In this document: one piece after another, positions 13,362-24,982 of the stretch
Layout of the letters: every line of letters begins with the position of its first letter
Position numbering within the stretch: the stretch's first letter is position 1
Assembly (NCBI RefSeq): GCF_963921235.1
Contig: NC_086097.1
Location: 40,116,001 to 40,180,000 of the forward strand
Direction: 5' to 3'
DNA from: Mobula hypostoma
Taxonomy: Eukaryota
Length of the DNA stretch: 64,000 nt
Made by a program: the position numbers and the translations under genes
Notes under the pieces: generated by a model
What the model saw: only the letters and a program-made list of their open reading frames with translations
Database searches by the model: none
What the model was told of the DNA's origin: nothing

Positions 13362-13636
13362 ATTAATCAAATTAGAGATAGAGCACGGAACTGGTCCTCC
13401 CAGCCCCTGGACAGTGTGCCCAGTAATCCACTTATTTAACCCTAGCCTAATCACAGGACAACTTACAAAGACCAATGAACCTACTAGTCGGTACATCTTT
13501 GGACTGTGGGAGGAAACACACATACACGGGAAAAATATACAAACATTCTTACAGAGGACACCAGAATTGAACTCTGAATTCTGATGCCAGAGTTGTATTA
13601 TGGTCAGACTAACTGCTACACTACCATGACGCTTTA
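13362..13636 (-). mobile_element. HE1/V-SINE-like tRNA-derived SINE
   Basis: Minus strand has a tRNA-like head and the core TTTCCTCCCACAGTCCAAAGATGT; similar to 19245-19506 and 52425-52695. Confidence 0.75.
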
Positions 13637-14455
13637 AGTATAGGCTAGTTAGTCTGACCTCAATGGTTGGGAAGATTCTGGAGTCCATTATTAAGGACGA
13701 GGTTTCGGGGTACATGATAAAATAGGCCAAAATCAGCAGAGTTTCTTTCAGGGGAATTCTTGCTTGACAAATTTATTGGAATTCTTTGAGGAAATAAGAG
13801 ACAGGATAGACAAAGGAGAATTGATGGATGGTTATTTGGATTTTTAGAACGACTTTGACAGGGTTCCATACATGAGGCTACTTAATAAGATAACAGCCCA
13901 TAAAATATTACAGGAAAGTTACTAGGATGGATAGAAGATTGGCTGACTGGCAGGAGGCAAAGAGTGGGAATAAGGAGAGCCTCCTCTGATTGGCTTTTCA
14001 CATTATATGTCAATGATTTTGATGATAGAATTGATGGCTTTGTGGCCAAGTTTGCAGGCAATACAAAATAGGTGGAGGGGCAAGTAGTGTTGAGGAAGCA
14101 GAGAGGATGCAGAAGGAGTTAGATATATTAGGAGATTGGGCAAAGAGGTGGCAGATAAAATATAGTGTAGGGAAGTGCATGGTCATGCAGTTTGTTAGAA
14201 GGAATAAAGGCACAAAATATTTTCTAAATGGAAAAAAAGAAGAAATCAGAGGTGCAAAGTTGTTTGGGAGTCCTTGTGCAGGATTCCCTGAAGGTTACCT
14301 TGCAGGCTGACCTGGAGGTAAGGAAGGCAAATGAAATGTTAGCATTCATTTCGAGAGGATTAGAATGTATGTAATGCTGAGACTTTACAAAACATTGGTC
14401 AGACCACACTTGGAGTATTGTGAGTAGTTTTTGGCCCCTTACCTAAGAAAAGATA

Positions 14456-15456
14456 CAGTGGCATGCAAAAGTTTGGGCACCTCTGGTCAAAATTTCTATT
14501 ACTGTGAATAGCAAAGTGAGTAAAAAATGAACTGATTTTCAAAAGGCATAAAGTTAAAGATGACAGATTTCTTTAATATTTTAAGCAAGAAAACTTTTTT
14601 ATTTCCTATTTTATTTTAACTTCATCAGTCCACAGGACTTGTTTCTAAAATGCATCAGGCTTGTTTCGATGTTCTTTTGAACCTTTTGAATATAACTTTT
14701 TGGCTGCAATGAACAAAGGTATATTTGGAGAAAAAAGGGTGCAGAATTTCATGAAAAGAACCCCTCTCCAATTGTAAAGCATGGGGGTGGATCGATCATG
14801 CTTTGGGCTTGTGTTGCAGCCAGTGGAATGGAGAGCATTTACTGGTAAAGGGAAGAATGAATTCAATTAAATACCAGCAAATTCTAGAAGCAAACATCAC
14901 ACCGTCTGTAAAAAAGCTGAAGATGAAAAGAGGATGGCTTCTGCAACAGGATAATGAACCTAAACACACCTCAAAATCCACAATGGACTACCTCAAGAGG
15001 TGCAAGATGAAGGTTTTGCCGTGGCCCTCACAGTTGTCTGACCTAAACATCATTGAGAATTTGTGGATAGACCTCAAAAGAGCAGTGCATGCAAGACGGC
15101 CGACGAATCTCACAGAACTAGAAGCTTTTTGCAAGGAAGAGTGGGCAAAAATCCCCCAAACAAGAATTAAAAGACTCTTAGCAGGCTACAAAAAGCACTT
15201 ACAAGCTGTGATACTTGCCAAACGGGTTGTCACTAAGTACTGCCATGCAGGATGCCCAAATTTTTGCTTCAGGCCCTTTTCCTTTTTTGTTATTTTGAAA
15301 CTGTAAAAGATGGAAATAAAGAAGTTTTCTTGCTTAAAATATTAAAGAAATGTGTCATCTTTAACTTTATGCCTTTTGGAAATCAGTTCATCTATTACTC
15401 ACTCAGCTATTCACAGTAACAGAAATTTTGACCGGGGTGTCCAAACTTCTGCATTG
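14456..15456 (+). mobile_element. Non-autonomous Tc1 derivative with internal inversion; carries a DD34E C-terminal transposase fragment (14803-15240)
   Basis: TA|CAGTGGCATGCAAAAGTTTGGGCAC...CCAAACTTCTGCATTG|TA; QQDNEPKHTS and DLNIIENLW; the host CR1 is continuous across it. Confidence 0.88.
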
Positions 15457-15969
15457 TAAATTAGCATTGGAAAGAGTCCAAGGGGTATTCACAAGAATGA
15501 TTCTGAGAATGAACTTGTTAACATATGAGGCGCGTTTGATGGTTCTGGGCCTCTACTCACTGGAGTTTTGAAGAATGATGGGGGATTGTATTGAAACTTA
15601 TCGAATATTGAAAGGCCTAGAAAGAGTGGATGTGGAGAGGATGATTCTGATAGTAGAGAGCCTAGGACCAGTGGGCACAGCCTCAGGATAGAGGGACATA
15701 TATTTACAACAAGATGAGAAAGAATTTCTTTAGACAGAGGGTGGTGAATCTGTGGAATTGTCTGCCACAGATGGCTGTGGAGGCCAAGTCATTGCGTATA
15801 TTTAAAATGGAGGTTGATAGGTTCTTGATTAGTTGGGGCATCAAAGCTTACAGGGAGAAGGCAGGGGAATGGAATTGAGAAGAATAATAATCAGCCATGA
15901 TGGAATGGTGGAGCAGACTCGATGGGCCAAGTGTTCTCATTCTGCTCCTATGTCTTATGATCTAGCTTT

Positions 15970-16430
15970 GGTGGCCTAGCTATAGAAAGGATATCATAAA
16001 GCTGGAAACGTTGCAAGAAAGATTCAGAAATATGTTACTGTGACTGGACAGAGACTGAGTAAGCTCAGCATTATATCCCTGAAGCATAAGAGATTGAATG
16101 TTGACTTTATGGAGTTAAACAAAATGATGAAATGCATAGATAGGATGGGTGGTCACAGTCTTTTTCCCAGGGTAGGGTGTCTAAAACTAGAAAGCATATT
16201 ATTAAGGTGATATGGGAGGTAGGGGAATGATCTGAGGGGGCAACCTTTGTATCGCAGTAGGTAGAAATTAGCTGCCAGGGGATGTGCTAGAGGTGTGTAA
16301 AAAGCTCTCACACAGGAGCATGGACAGGAAAGTTTACAGGGTCATGGACCCAATACGAGGACATGGGACTTGCTTCAGTAAGCAGCTTGGTTGGCACGGA
16401 TGAGCTGGGCCAAAGGCTCTCTCTATGATG
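15970..16430 (+). mobile_element. Old CR1-like 3' fragment
   Basis: YRKDIIKLETLQERF-like remnant and a CR1-type 3' end. Confidence 0.55.
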
Positions 16431-16680
16431 CTCTCAGTAGATGAGTTGAGTTTATCATTATGCAGTGAAGTTTGATTTATTCCAGTAGGGATCTTCAGAG
16501 ACAAGAGCCCCGTTGCCAAGCAACTGATAACCCTACACACAAAGACTAGCTAATGCCTCTTCCTCTCCTTTCCACTTACACCGGAAAAGAAGGTGGGCAG
16601 AGAAGGTTTTGCTGATTTGCATGTTACTTTACAGATTTGTAGAGTTGTTTACTATATTGTCCATTTCTTATGAAAGACAC

Positions 16681-17333
16681 CAACCAAGCAGAGTCCACTG
16701 CCAAGAAGGCCCAGCAGTGCCTTTACTTCCTGAGAAAACTAAAGAAATTTGGCCTGTCCCCTAAAACCCTCACTAATTTTTATAGAAACACCGTAGAAAG
16801 CATTCTTCTAGGGTGTATTACAACCTGGTATGGAAGTTGTCCTGTCCAAGACCGGATGAAGCTGCAGAAGATCGTGGACAATACGCAGCACATCACACAA
16901 ACCAATCTTCCGTCCTTGGACTCACTTTACACCGCACGCTTTCGGAGCAGTGCTGCCAGGATAATCAAGGACACGACCCACCCAGCCAACACACTTTTCG
17001 TCCCTCTTCCTTCGGGAGAAGGCTCAGGAGCTTGAAGACTCGTACGGCCAGATTTGGGAACAGCTTCTTTCCAAGTGTGATAAGACTGCTGAACGGATCC
17101 TGACCCGGATCTGGGCCGTACTCTCCAAATATCCAGACCTGCTTCTCGGTTTTTTTGCACTAACTTACTTTCCATTTTTCTATTTTCTATTTATGATATA
17201 TAATTTGAATTTTTAATATTTACTATCAATTTGTACTCCAGGGAGCGGGAAGCGCAGAATCAAATATCGCTGTGATGATTGTACGTTCTAGTATCAATTG
17301 TTTGGCGACAATAAAGTATAAAGTATAAAGTAT
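16681..17333 (+). mobile_element. 5'-truncated Rex1-like LINE
   Basis: TSD AAGACAC (16674-16680 and 17334-17340); KKAQQCLYFLRKLKKF...TWYG; (AAAGTAT)n tail. Confidence 0.88.
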
Positions 17334-17637
17334 AAGACACTGGCAGGACTTGAAAACTCAGAGGTTTTGTGATTATTGTCTGGAGAGAATGGGAAAAGTG
17401 AGGAGTTGAGAAGGAGGTAGAAAATTTAGAGATAGGATGGAGAGAGGGTGGGCTTTGGGAAGGAAGGCGATGCAAAGGGAGAGGAGAAGATTTTGGGACA
17501 AATGGTTTTGGGTCGAAAATGTGAGACAGTGAATAGAGGAAGAAATTGGCCAAGATTTTCTGAGCTTATCATGTCCAAATTTTCAACCAGGTCGGATGTA
17601 CAATGATATCAAACAGGTCCCACAAGCTCACACTTAC

Positions 17638-17714
17638 ATGCTCTTGGTTGGACCTTGAACAAAGATTAACAAGGTTTGCATAATACTCTGGCACATAAAG
17701 AATCATGTTGAGGC
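17638..17714 (-). CDS. Candidate exon (77 nt; LNMILYVPEYYANLVNLCSRSNQEH)
   Basis: Good splice sites ttctttgacag|...CAT|gtaagt; a single open frame; unique sequence. Confidence 0.3.
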
Positions 17715-18727
17715 CTGTCAAAGAATGCATAGTCATGTTATCAGTGCCAAAAAAGGACTGAATTTCTAAATTTATTGTCGGAGGTCAAAGCAAGACTCTA
17801 CCCAGACATTCATGGGAATGGCAAAGACAGAACTTTGATCTTTCAACAACATTTCAGCAAGCTCAAAATAACCTCCTGGTGATGCCAAATGGGTCAACAT
17901 GGAAAGCTGAGACAAAAATTCCCTGGGTAAGAGCTATCACCCTATCCTACTCAGGAGAACTTTGCATCGGAAGGAATGCAGTGACCGCACTTTTCCGAAG
18001 AGTAGTAAAAGATGATATGGTCAGCAACACCCATATCCTGAATATGAACAGGACATGTTTCCAGTTATACATTGTCCCAAGGAATATGAATCAATGCAAA
18101 TGAAGAATAAATTCCTTATGACTAACCCAGTTACTGTCCAAGGGCTTGCAGTATGACAACCATGTATCTCACAGGATAGTTTTGAAATAGCTAAGGACTA
18201 TATATAGCATTTTTTTATTATTATGGTTTTGTGCTAACCCTTTTTTATAGCTGTGGTGAGATGCAGATTATATTGTATATTGGGAATGGTTGTTCCCTTA
18301 TCAGATTGAGAAAAGATTAAACCATATTAAACACAACATGTGAGCAGGTTTTGACTTGGTGTTCATTCATTAAATAAATATTCAACTAGTAGGAAAATAT
18401 GAGGTTTGTTTCAGTGGGGATGTGTATTTTTTTTCCAGACTGTGAATTTTTGTTCATTGGTGGATGGAGTAGTGGGGTTTGAGAGGTGGTGGGTGCAGAG
18501 TGAGGGAGAGGGGCTATGGCAGCAAATGTTGTGGAAGGTAAAGTATGATTTACATTGGCATTCATGGATTTTAAAAGAGGTGGTGATCAATCAGGCACAT
18601 AAAGTCAGCCAGTGTGGCATTCAGCATTGAAAGCTGAAACAAAAGGAGCAAGAGACTGGGAATTGTTTTACAGGGTCATAAAAGTGCAGATGTTGATGGA
18701 TTAACCAAGCTTTGTTCATTATTTTAC

Positions 18728-18809
18728 CTCAGTTTGTAGACAGCTCTTTACGATTTTCTGGTGGTTATTGATTCTTGCCTGACAGCTGCAAATCTCTTGG
18801 AAAGTTAAT
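18728..18809 (-). CDS. Candidate exon (82 nt; LTFQEICSCQARINNHQKIVKSCLQTE)
   Basis: aaatag|...GAG|gtaaaa; phase-compatible with 20130-20272. Confidence 0.3.
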
Positions 18810-19244
18810 CTATTTTCAGTTATGCAAAAGAGTAGTTTTAAAATATTGGAAGAAGTGCAAATCACAATAAAATCTTGAAGGAGAATGTCAGCCCATGAGT
18901 AATTATAAAAATTTCTCCTTAAGTAATTACTGCTCAGTGTGGGATACAAGAATAGCTGGGACTCTCCAGATTTTTTTTAACTAGAGTATCCAGTAAGTAA
19001 CGTATATTGACCTGGAGATTCTGTATGAATTTTCACCCCAGTTGACAGGAAAACTTGGTTAGGCAATATCTTTTATGCTGAGACATCATAAGAGTAACTG
19101 TTGTTGTCCAACTGTAGGGGGTTTAAGAAAGCTTAAAGCTCATTCAGTAGGCTTTAGATTTCTAACCTTCTTTAAAGAAGCCTTGTGGACTATTAGTTGG
19201 GGAATGAATTGTCAAATATAACACTTACGGCTGATAAGATGTTT

Positions 19245-19506
19245 TATATTTATTGAGATAAAGCGCTGAATAGGCCTTTCAGCCCTTTGAACCTCACTGC
19301 CCAGCAATCCTCCAATTTGATCCCAACCTAATCATGGGCAATTTAAAATGACCAATTAACCTACCAACGCGTACATCTTTGGACTGTGGGAGAAAACCTG
19401 AGCATCCAGAGGAAACCCACGCGGTCACAGGGAGAAAGTACAAACTCCCCTACAGGCAGCGGTGGGAATTGAACCTGGGTTGTCTGTTCTGTAAAGCGTT
19501 GTGCTA
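19245..19506 (-). mobile_element. HE1/V-SINE-like SINE
   Basis: Same core (CTTTGGACTGTGGGAGAAAACC on +) and a B-box GGTTCAATTCC on the minus strand. Confidence 0.8.
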
Positions 19507-19599
19507 GGATAGTCATTGTATTACTATAAATTAAAAAAAATTGTTTGCAAAATAGACTTCCATTGTGTTATTTGTGTCCTTCTGTAGATGACCTAGAGT

Positions 19600-19920
19600 G
19601 CATTGGAGTCTCTGAAATACTTTTGAACTGTGGTGTCACTCGCATTGTGAGAAACAGAGCAGCCAAATTGCATACAGGAATCTCTTGTAGACAAAACAGT
19701 AATATCTAGCAGATAATCTGCTTTTCTGATACTCTGAGAAGAACATATATTGTACAGGACATAGGGAGACTACCTCATTATTAAGGGCTTTTACATCCAC
19801 CTGAGAGAGAACGGGTCCATAATTTAACCTCACATTAAAAAGAAGCGAACACATCTCTGCACCAGAGAGCCCTTGAGATCCAATCTCAGGAGTGAGACGA
19901 ATGCACAGCCTTTAGACACA
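19600..19920 (-). mobile_element. Ancient DeuSINE/SacSINE1-like remnant
   Basis: Motifs GCAGCCAAATTGCATACAG, CAGATAATCTG and TTTTACATCCACCTGAGAG recall the Deu-domain SINE consensus. Confidence 0.45.
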
Positions 19921-20129
19921 GAAGTAGGAAAGCTCACTATCATCTGGAACAAAGATGACATTAGTAAATGAATTACCCTTAGAAAAAAAACCTTTTTTAC
20001 TGGCATTATTTTTGACTTTGCTATTTCGACATACTTTGATGCATTTGTTATGTAAGTGTCTGGAAATCTTGAGTATTGATGCACAAACACCACTTTGGGC
20101 CCATTCCCCCAAAAAGAACTTTTAAGCAC

Positions 20130-20272
20130 CTGCTGTTGCAGTTAAGGTATGCCAGGACAGGCTGCAGCTGGAAAGGTTTCAGGGTCAGTTGAATGTCATA
20201 GTTTTCTGGTGAGGATGTAAAGGTGGAACATCTTTGACAGGCAGATTGTGACACATTCGACAGGGTACGCCT
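20130..20272 (-). CDS. Candidate exon (143 nt; RRTLSNVSQSACQRCSTFTSSPENYDIQLTLKPFQLQPVLAYLNCNS)
   Basis: tgtattatag|...CAG|gtgctt; only one frame is open; donor is weak. Confidence 0.3.
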
Positions 20273-20715
20273 CTATAATACAGGCAGTTAAATGCATCAG
20301 TAACCTGCGTTACAGCTGAGTGTATATTCTGCATACTGAACTCATTACAATACGTTGCATTGTACCACGTAAGGAGTTCTGTTTTTGTAGCAATGGAAAA
20401 AGATCTCAGCAAAGTGTATATTGTATATCATGATCATTCATTTGTGTATTAGAGATGGTCTCAGTACAACGACTGAGTCACGTAGTTTCCTAATTGAATT
20501 TCTGCAGTCTCCAGGAGGACTCCATCACAATTATATCAATTCAGCTGTCATCCCACAACAGGACTGCCGGAGCTCTGACTATTAATTAGTTTATGTCCAA
20601 ATACTTTAAATTGTTTTAATTTGAAATCCACCTAAATTGCACAGGGATAATTTTGAAGTCATCATTCACCAGTAGAACTATGGAGCCATGCAGTAAAGGA
20701 GGAATAAAGAAACAG

Positions 20716-20918
20716 TAAATACTGGAAAACACAACAGTTCAGCAGCAGCTGGGGAAAGAGAAACAGTCAACAGTTTAGGTTTAGAACCCTTCATCAGATC
20801 TGTCAGTTACCCTCTGTCTGTTCCAATGAAGGGTCCCAGATCTGAAACCTTGATTGATTCTCTTTCCACAGATGCAGTCTGACCTGCTGAGTTTCCCCCC
20901 CCCCCCCCACAGCATCTT
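20716..20918. repeat. Inverted pair of Penelope-type termini (palindromic element)
   Basis: 20716-20800 is the reverse complement of ~20820-20918, with decayed CTGATGAAGGG...GAAAC motifs at the inner ends. Confidence 0.65.
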
Positions 20919-21109
20919 CACTTACAATAGAGGAGCCCATTCCAGTTTATCTGAATATCTTACAAATCAAGATTAAGTCTCTGGTTTTCCATAATCTGCA
21001 AGCATCTGACCACAAGACCCTATGAAAGTTTGTGAGGACTGCTGAAACAGGGTCTCTTTTCCACCCATCCGAGGTATTTATCACGAGTGTAGCGCATGCA
21101 GGGCCATTA

Positions 21110-22052
21110 GCATTGTCAAGTTTGCTGACGATACGAAGAAGATGGGTGGAGGGGTAGGTAGTGCTGAGGAAGCAATGCGATTGCAGCAGGACTTAGACAA
21201 ATTGGATGAATGGGCATAAAAGTGGTGGATTGAATACAGTGTTGGGAAATGTATGATAATACATTTTGGTAAAAGGAACAAAAGTGGCAACTGTTTTCAA
21301 AATGGGGAGAAAATTCAAACATCAGAGGTGCGAAGGGACTTGGAAGTCCTCGTGGAAGACTCCCACAATCTTAATTTCTTGGCTGAGTCTGTGGTGAAGT
21401 AGGTGAATGCAATGTTGGTATTCATTTCAGATGGAATAGAATATAAAAACAAAGAAATACTGCTGAGGTTTTATAAGACATTAGTCAGCCACACTTGGAG
21501 TATTGTCAACAGTTTTGGGCCCTTTATCTCAATAAGGATGTGTTGTCATTGGAGACAGTCCAGAGGAGGTTCAGGAAGATGATTCTGGGAATGAGAGGGT
21601 TAATATACGAGGAGCCTTTGGCAGCTTTGGGCCTGTACTCACTGGAATCTTGAAGATTGTGGAAGGATCTTATTGAAACCTACTGAATGTTGAAAAGACT
21701 AGATAAAGTGGATGTGAAGACGTTTCCTATGCTTGGAGTGTCCAGAACTAGAGGGCACAGCCTCAAAATTGAGGGAGCAACCTTTTAGAATGGAGGGAAG
21801 GAGGAATTCTTTTATTTTTAAATCCAGAGGGTAGTGAATCTGTGGAATGCTCTGACACAGACTATGATGGAGGCCAAGTCCGTGGATATATTTAAAGCAA
21901 AAGCTGATAGTTTCCTGATTAGTCAGGGCATCAAAGTTTATGGCAAGAATACAAGCGTATGGGGTTGAGTGGGATGCAGGATCGTCCATGATGGAATGGT
22001 GGAGCAGACTCGATGGGCTGAAAGGCCTAATTCTACTCCAATGCCTTATGGT
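21110..22052 (+). mobile_element. CR1 LINE 3' fragment
   Basis: KFADDTK...LQQDLDKLDEWA, PHLEYC, RTRGHSL; CR1 tail. Confidence 0.85.
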
Positions 22053-22815
22053 GTTAACCCACATGGCTGTGACCAAACTAGCACAATGTCGTATTTTGAG
22101 AGCACCATTTCCTAATTTAAATTAACTCCCAACACTCGAACAGGTGGTCTGGTCAAGTTTCACCAGTGACACTCATGTCTGAAAGGGGGAAAAAAATTTA
22201 TATAGTGCTGTGGTTTACTTTCAAAAGGGGAAAGACAGGAGACTGCAATAAGGCAGATTACTAAATCACAGTGGCACCTCAAGAATGTGAGGCTGTCTGT
22301 CCCCATTTGATACTGAAATATTAAGGCAGGTTAGTTGCTTGAATTCCAGCTGCTTTTTTCATTAACACCACAAAAAACTCTGCTGACAAAACACTGGCCC
22401 TGGTCTTAACCTCACAAGCCTGTTGCAGTAGGGAAAGACAGTGCTGGATTATATTCTTATATAATATTGCCCCAAAGTACACTAAAGGAGGGATCTAACT
22501 CATGTTGAGCAGTAGGAGATGGATTTCCAGTAAATGCAATTGCAAAAAAAGAGTCTTCTGAACTGGGAAAAGTCTGTAATGAAATTATCTCTAGATCAGC
22601 ACTATTGGTGGGAAAGAAGGAAATTTCTACTATGAATTTTGTTTCTTTTTCCAGTTCTCTCCCTATGTTAGGATTGTTCCCCTTACATCACCCTGAAAGC
22701 ATCTGACAAACTGTGTGAAAAATGTATCAAATGAAAGATCTGATAATTGGTGAGGCAGAGTTCAATATCCCCCAAGGGAACATCGGAAACTAAGGTATGC
22801 TGGCAGCTGACTGTA

Positions 22816-22969
22816 CAGCTCGACCTTCACTAATCTGGCACCATTGGGACCTGAGGAGTGCCGGATTAGTGAAAATGCCAAATTACAGAAGGATCACATT
22901 ATGCAAAATCAGTGCCAGATTATCAAAGGAACCAGATTACAGGTAGTCGGATTAGTGAAGGTCGACCTG
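22816..22969. mobile_element. Tc1/mariner-type (Tigger/pogo-like) MITE
   Basis: TA|CAGCTCGACCTTCACTAATC...GATTAGTGAAGGTCGACCTG|TA. Confidence 0.85.
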
Positions 22970-23160
22970 TAGTCCTATGGATCTGGGAGCAATATTGCTG
23001 ACCTCCCCTCCATCACATCCACCTCTCCTCACCCTCTCAGGGACACACAAAGCAAAGACTTTCCACTTTCTCATGGCCTCCAGCAATATTCGGGAACAAA
23101 AACGTCGGCTTCACTCAAAATCAGCTAATTTCATGGAAAGGTCCACAAACAACTGCTTAC

Positions 23161-23206
23161 TCTGTTTAATGTTTCCCTGGGACTTGACATCTGTTTCAGG
23201 GAACTG
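23161..23206 (-). CDS. Candidate exon (46 nt; SSLKQMSSPRETLNR)
   Basis: ttccattcccacag|...AGA|gtaagc; phase-compatible with 20130-20272. Confidence 0.3.
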
Positions 23207-24695
23207 CTGTGGGAATGGAATATTATGCAAGGCAGTATGAAACTAGATGCATTCCAGGGCTCAGGTCAAATGTATCTGGCAATCATTCTCTCTGCTCTCA
23301 TTTTCCACAAATGAAGTGGATCCATAGAGGATCAATTTATTCTTTAAAATTACTACAGGAACCTGATACACAACTAACATTGTCAGACTGAACAACCTTG
23401 TTGTGCACTTTGCATTAATAAACTCCTGGATGAGGGACCAGGTGTTAAAAAATATCTTAGAAAGCCTTTTTCACAGGTATGAGATAATCTACAGCTGCTG
23501 GAAATCCAAAGCCACATAAGCCTTCTTTTTAAGACTGCTTTGAAAAGTTGGTCATTAACATCACATAGGGTTTTCACTTGAACAGTGTGAAAATTTGCGT
23601 AGGTAAAAACACTATTTTATTTACAGAAACAGCTTCAGCTCAACCACATTTTACTGGGGACACTCTAGCCCACCAACAGCATGTGCGACCTGTTCTCCAA
23701 TGTCACTTCCAGTTCCAAGTATACCACCCACTTTGCACACTGGGAACTGAAGTTCTTTATTATGTACACACATAATAACACATCTTTCCCCTTTAATGAA
23801 AACAAACACAATACTATTCCCTCATGAACCTGCTAAACACAATAATGCTTTCCAACAAAGATACTTACATTAACTTCAATTGTAATAAGCAAATACAATC
23901 CCTTATCCGCTCATCTACTTTTAATCCATCTCTGTGGTGGTTTAATGATCCCTTTTAGTATACTATTTGTTTCCAAAGATGTATAGCTTTCATTCCCTGT
24001 GTTCAGTCTTTGTTCATGTTCTTGCTGTCTCACCACTATTCACTCCATTTTGAAGCCCTGGACAACATCCATGTGATCAGTGAGTCTTTGCACAAGATCC
24101 AACTGATTCCACCTCAATGCACAGAGCTCATTCTATCATAGATATCAACTCCTCCTTTTGGTCCGTGCTGACCTGTTGCTGATTTCCTAACCTTAGGGAC
24201 AGCGTGACCCTCCCATCTTCCTTTTTATTTATCCTTTTCCACTTCAGAGAGGATCCTGGAATTATTTTTGATTTCCAGTCTTTACCTGGGAGTCAGTGAG
24301 AAACAGATTTTTAACCATAGTTCCATGATGTGGAAGCAAGACCTGTGACTTCTTCATCATGATCACTCTCTTCAGCACTGGTATCCTGACTGTCATGCTG
24401 GTGTCACTGGTACACATGTTCATAGAAGATGGTGTCCTTGTGCTTCTCTTGCAAAACTTCTCTGGAGCTCTTATGGATGACATTATGAGTTTCTCAGGCT
24501 ATCTCAGCTAAACATCCAAGCTCCTTAAAGACACATAAGTACTTTTTCCATGAGTGTTGTATGGTCCTCACTGGTCTGTGAGGCCACCATGAAAACTTTT
24601 TCCAACGAGTTGTCAGGATGCTGGAACAGGGATCCAATCACAGACCCAGTACTGTGCACACAGTGATATTAATTGAGTAATAAATCCTGAGGTGC

Positions 24696-24761
24696 TGAGT
24701 TCCTCCAGCGCATTGTGAGTGTTCCTTTGACAACAGCATCTGCAGATTATTTTGTATTTAC
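24696..24761 (+). mobile_element. 66-bp Penelope-type terminal fragment
   Basis: TSD GAGGTGC (24689-24695 and 24762-24768); TGAGTTCCTCCAGC...CAGCATCTGCAGA. Confidence 0.75.
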
Positions 24762-24982
24762 GAGGTGCAAACAAAGTTGGCATCAAAGTTCAGGCAGAGA
24801 TCAAAACATCCAGAGAAATCCAAAAACCAGAATCAGGCAAAGTTAATATTCAGACAGACAGAATAGAGATACAAAAGACTCAGGAAAATTCACTGGCCCA
24901 ATCTGGCGACAAACAGGTGAAAACACAGGACTGAAATACACTGAGCAATAAACAGAGAGGCAGATGATAGGTGGAGCACAAT

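Larger units (their letters stand above)
12860..15960 (+). mobile_element. CR1 LINE ORF2/3' portion, decayed, with nested SINE and Tc1
   Basis: Remnants of PEAWKVAKV, VAKFA, LVRPHLEYC, TRGHSL; CR1-type 3' tail. Confidence 0.8.

Noticed and set aside
14803..15306. Functional transposase gene
   Set aside because: C-terminal half only, with no DNA-binding domain; the first catalytic Asp lies on the opposite strand
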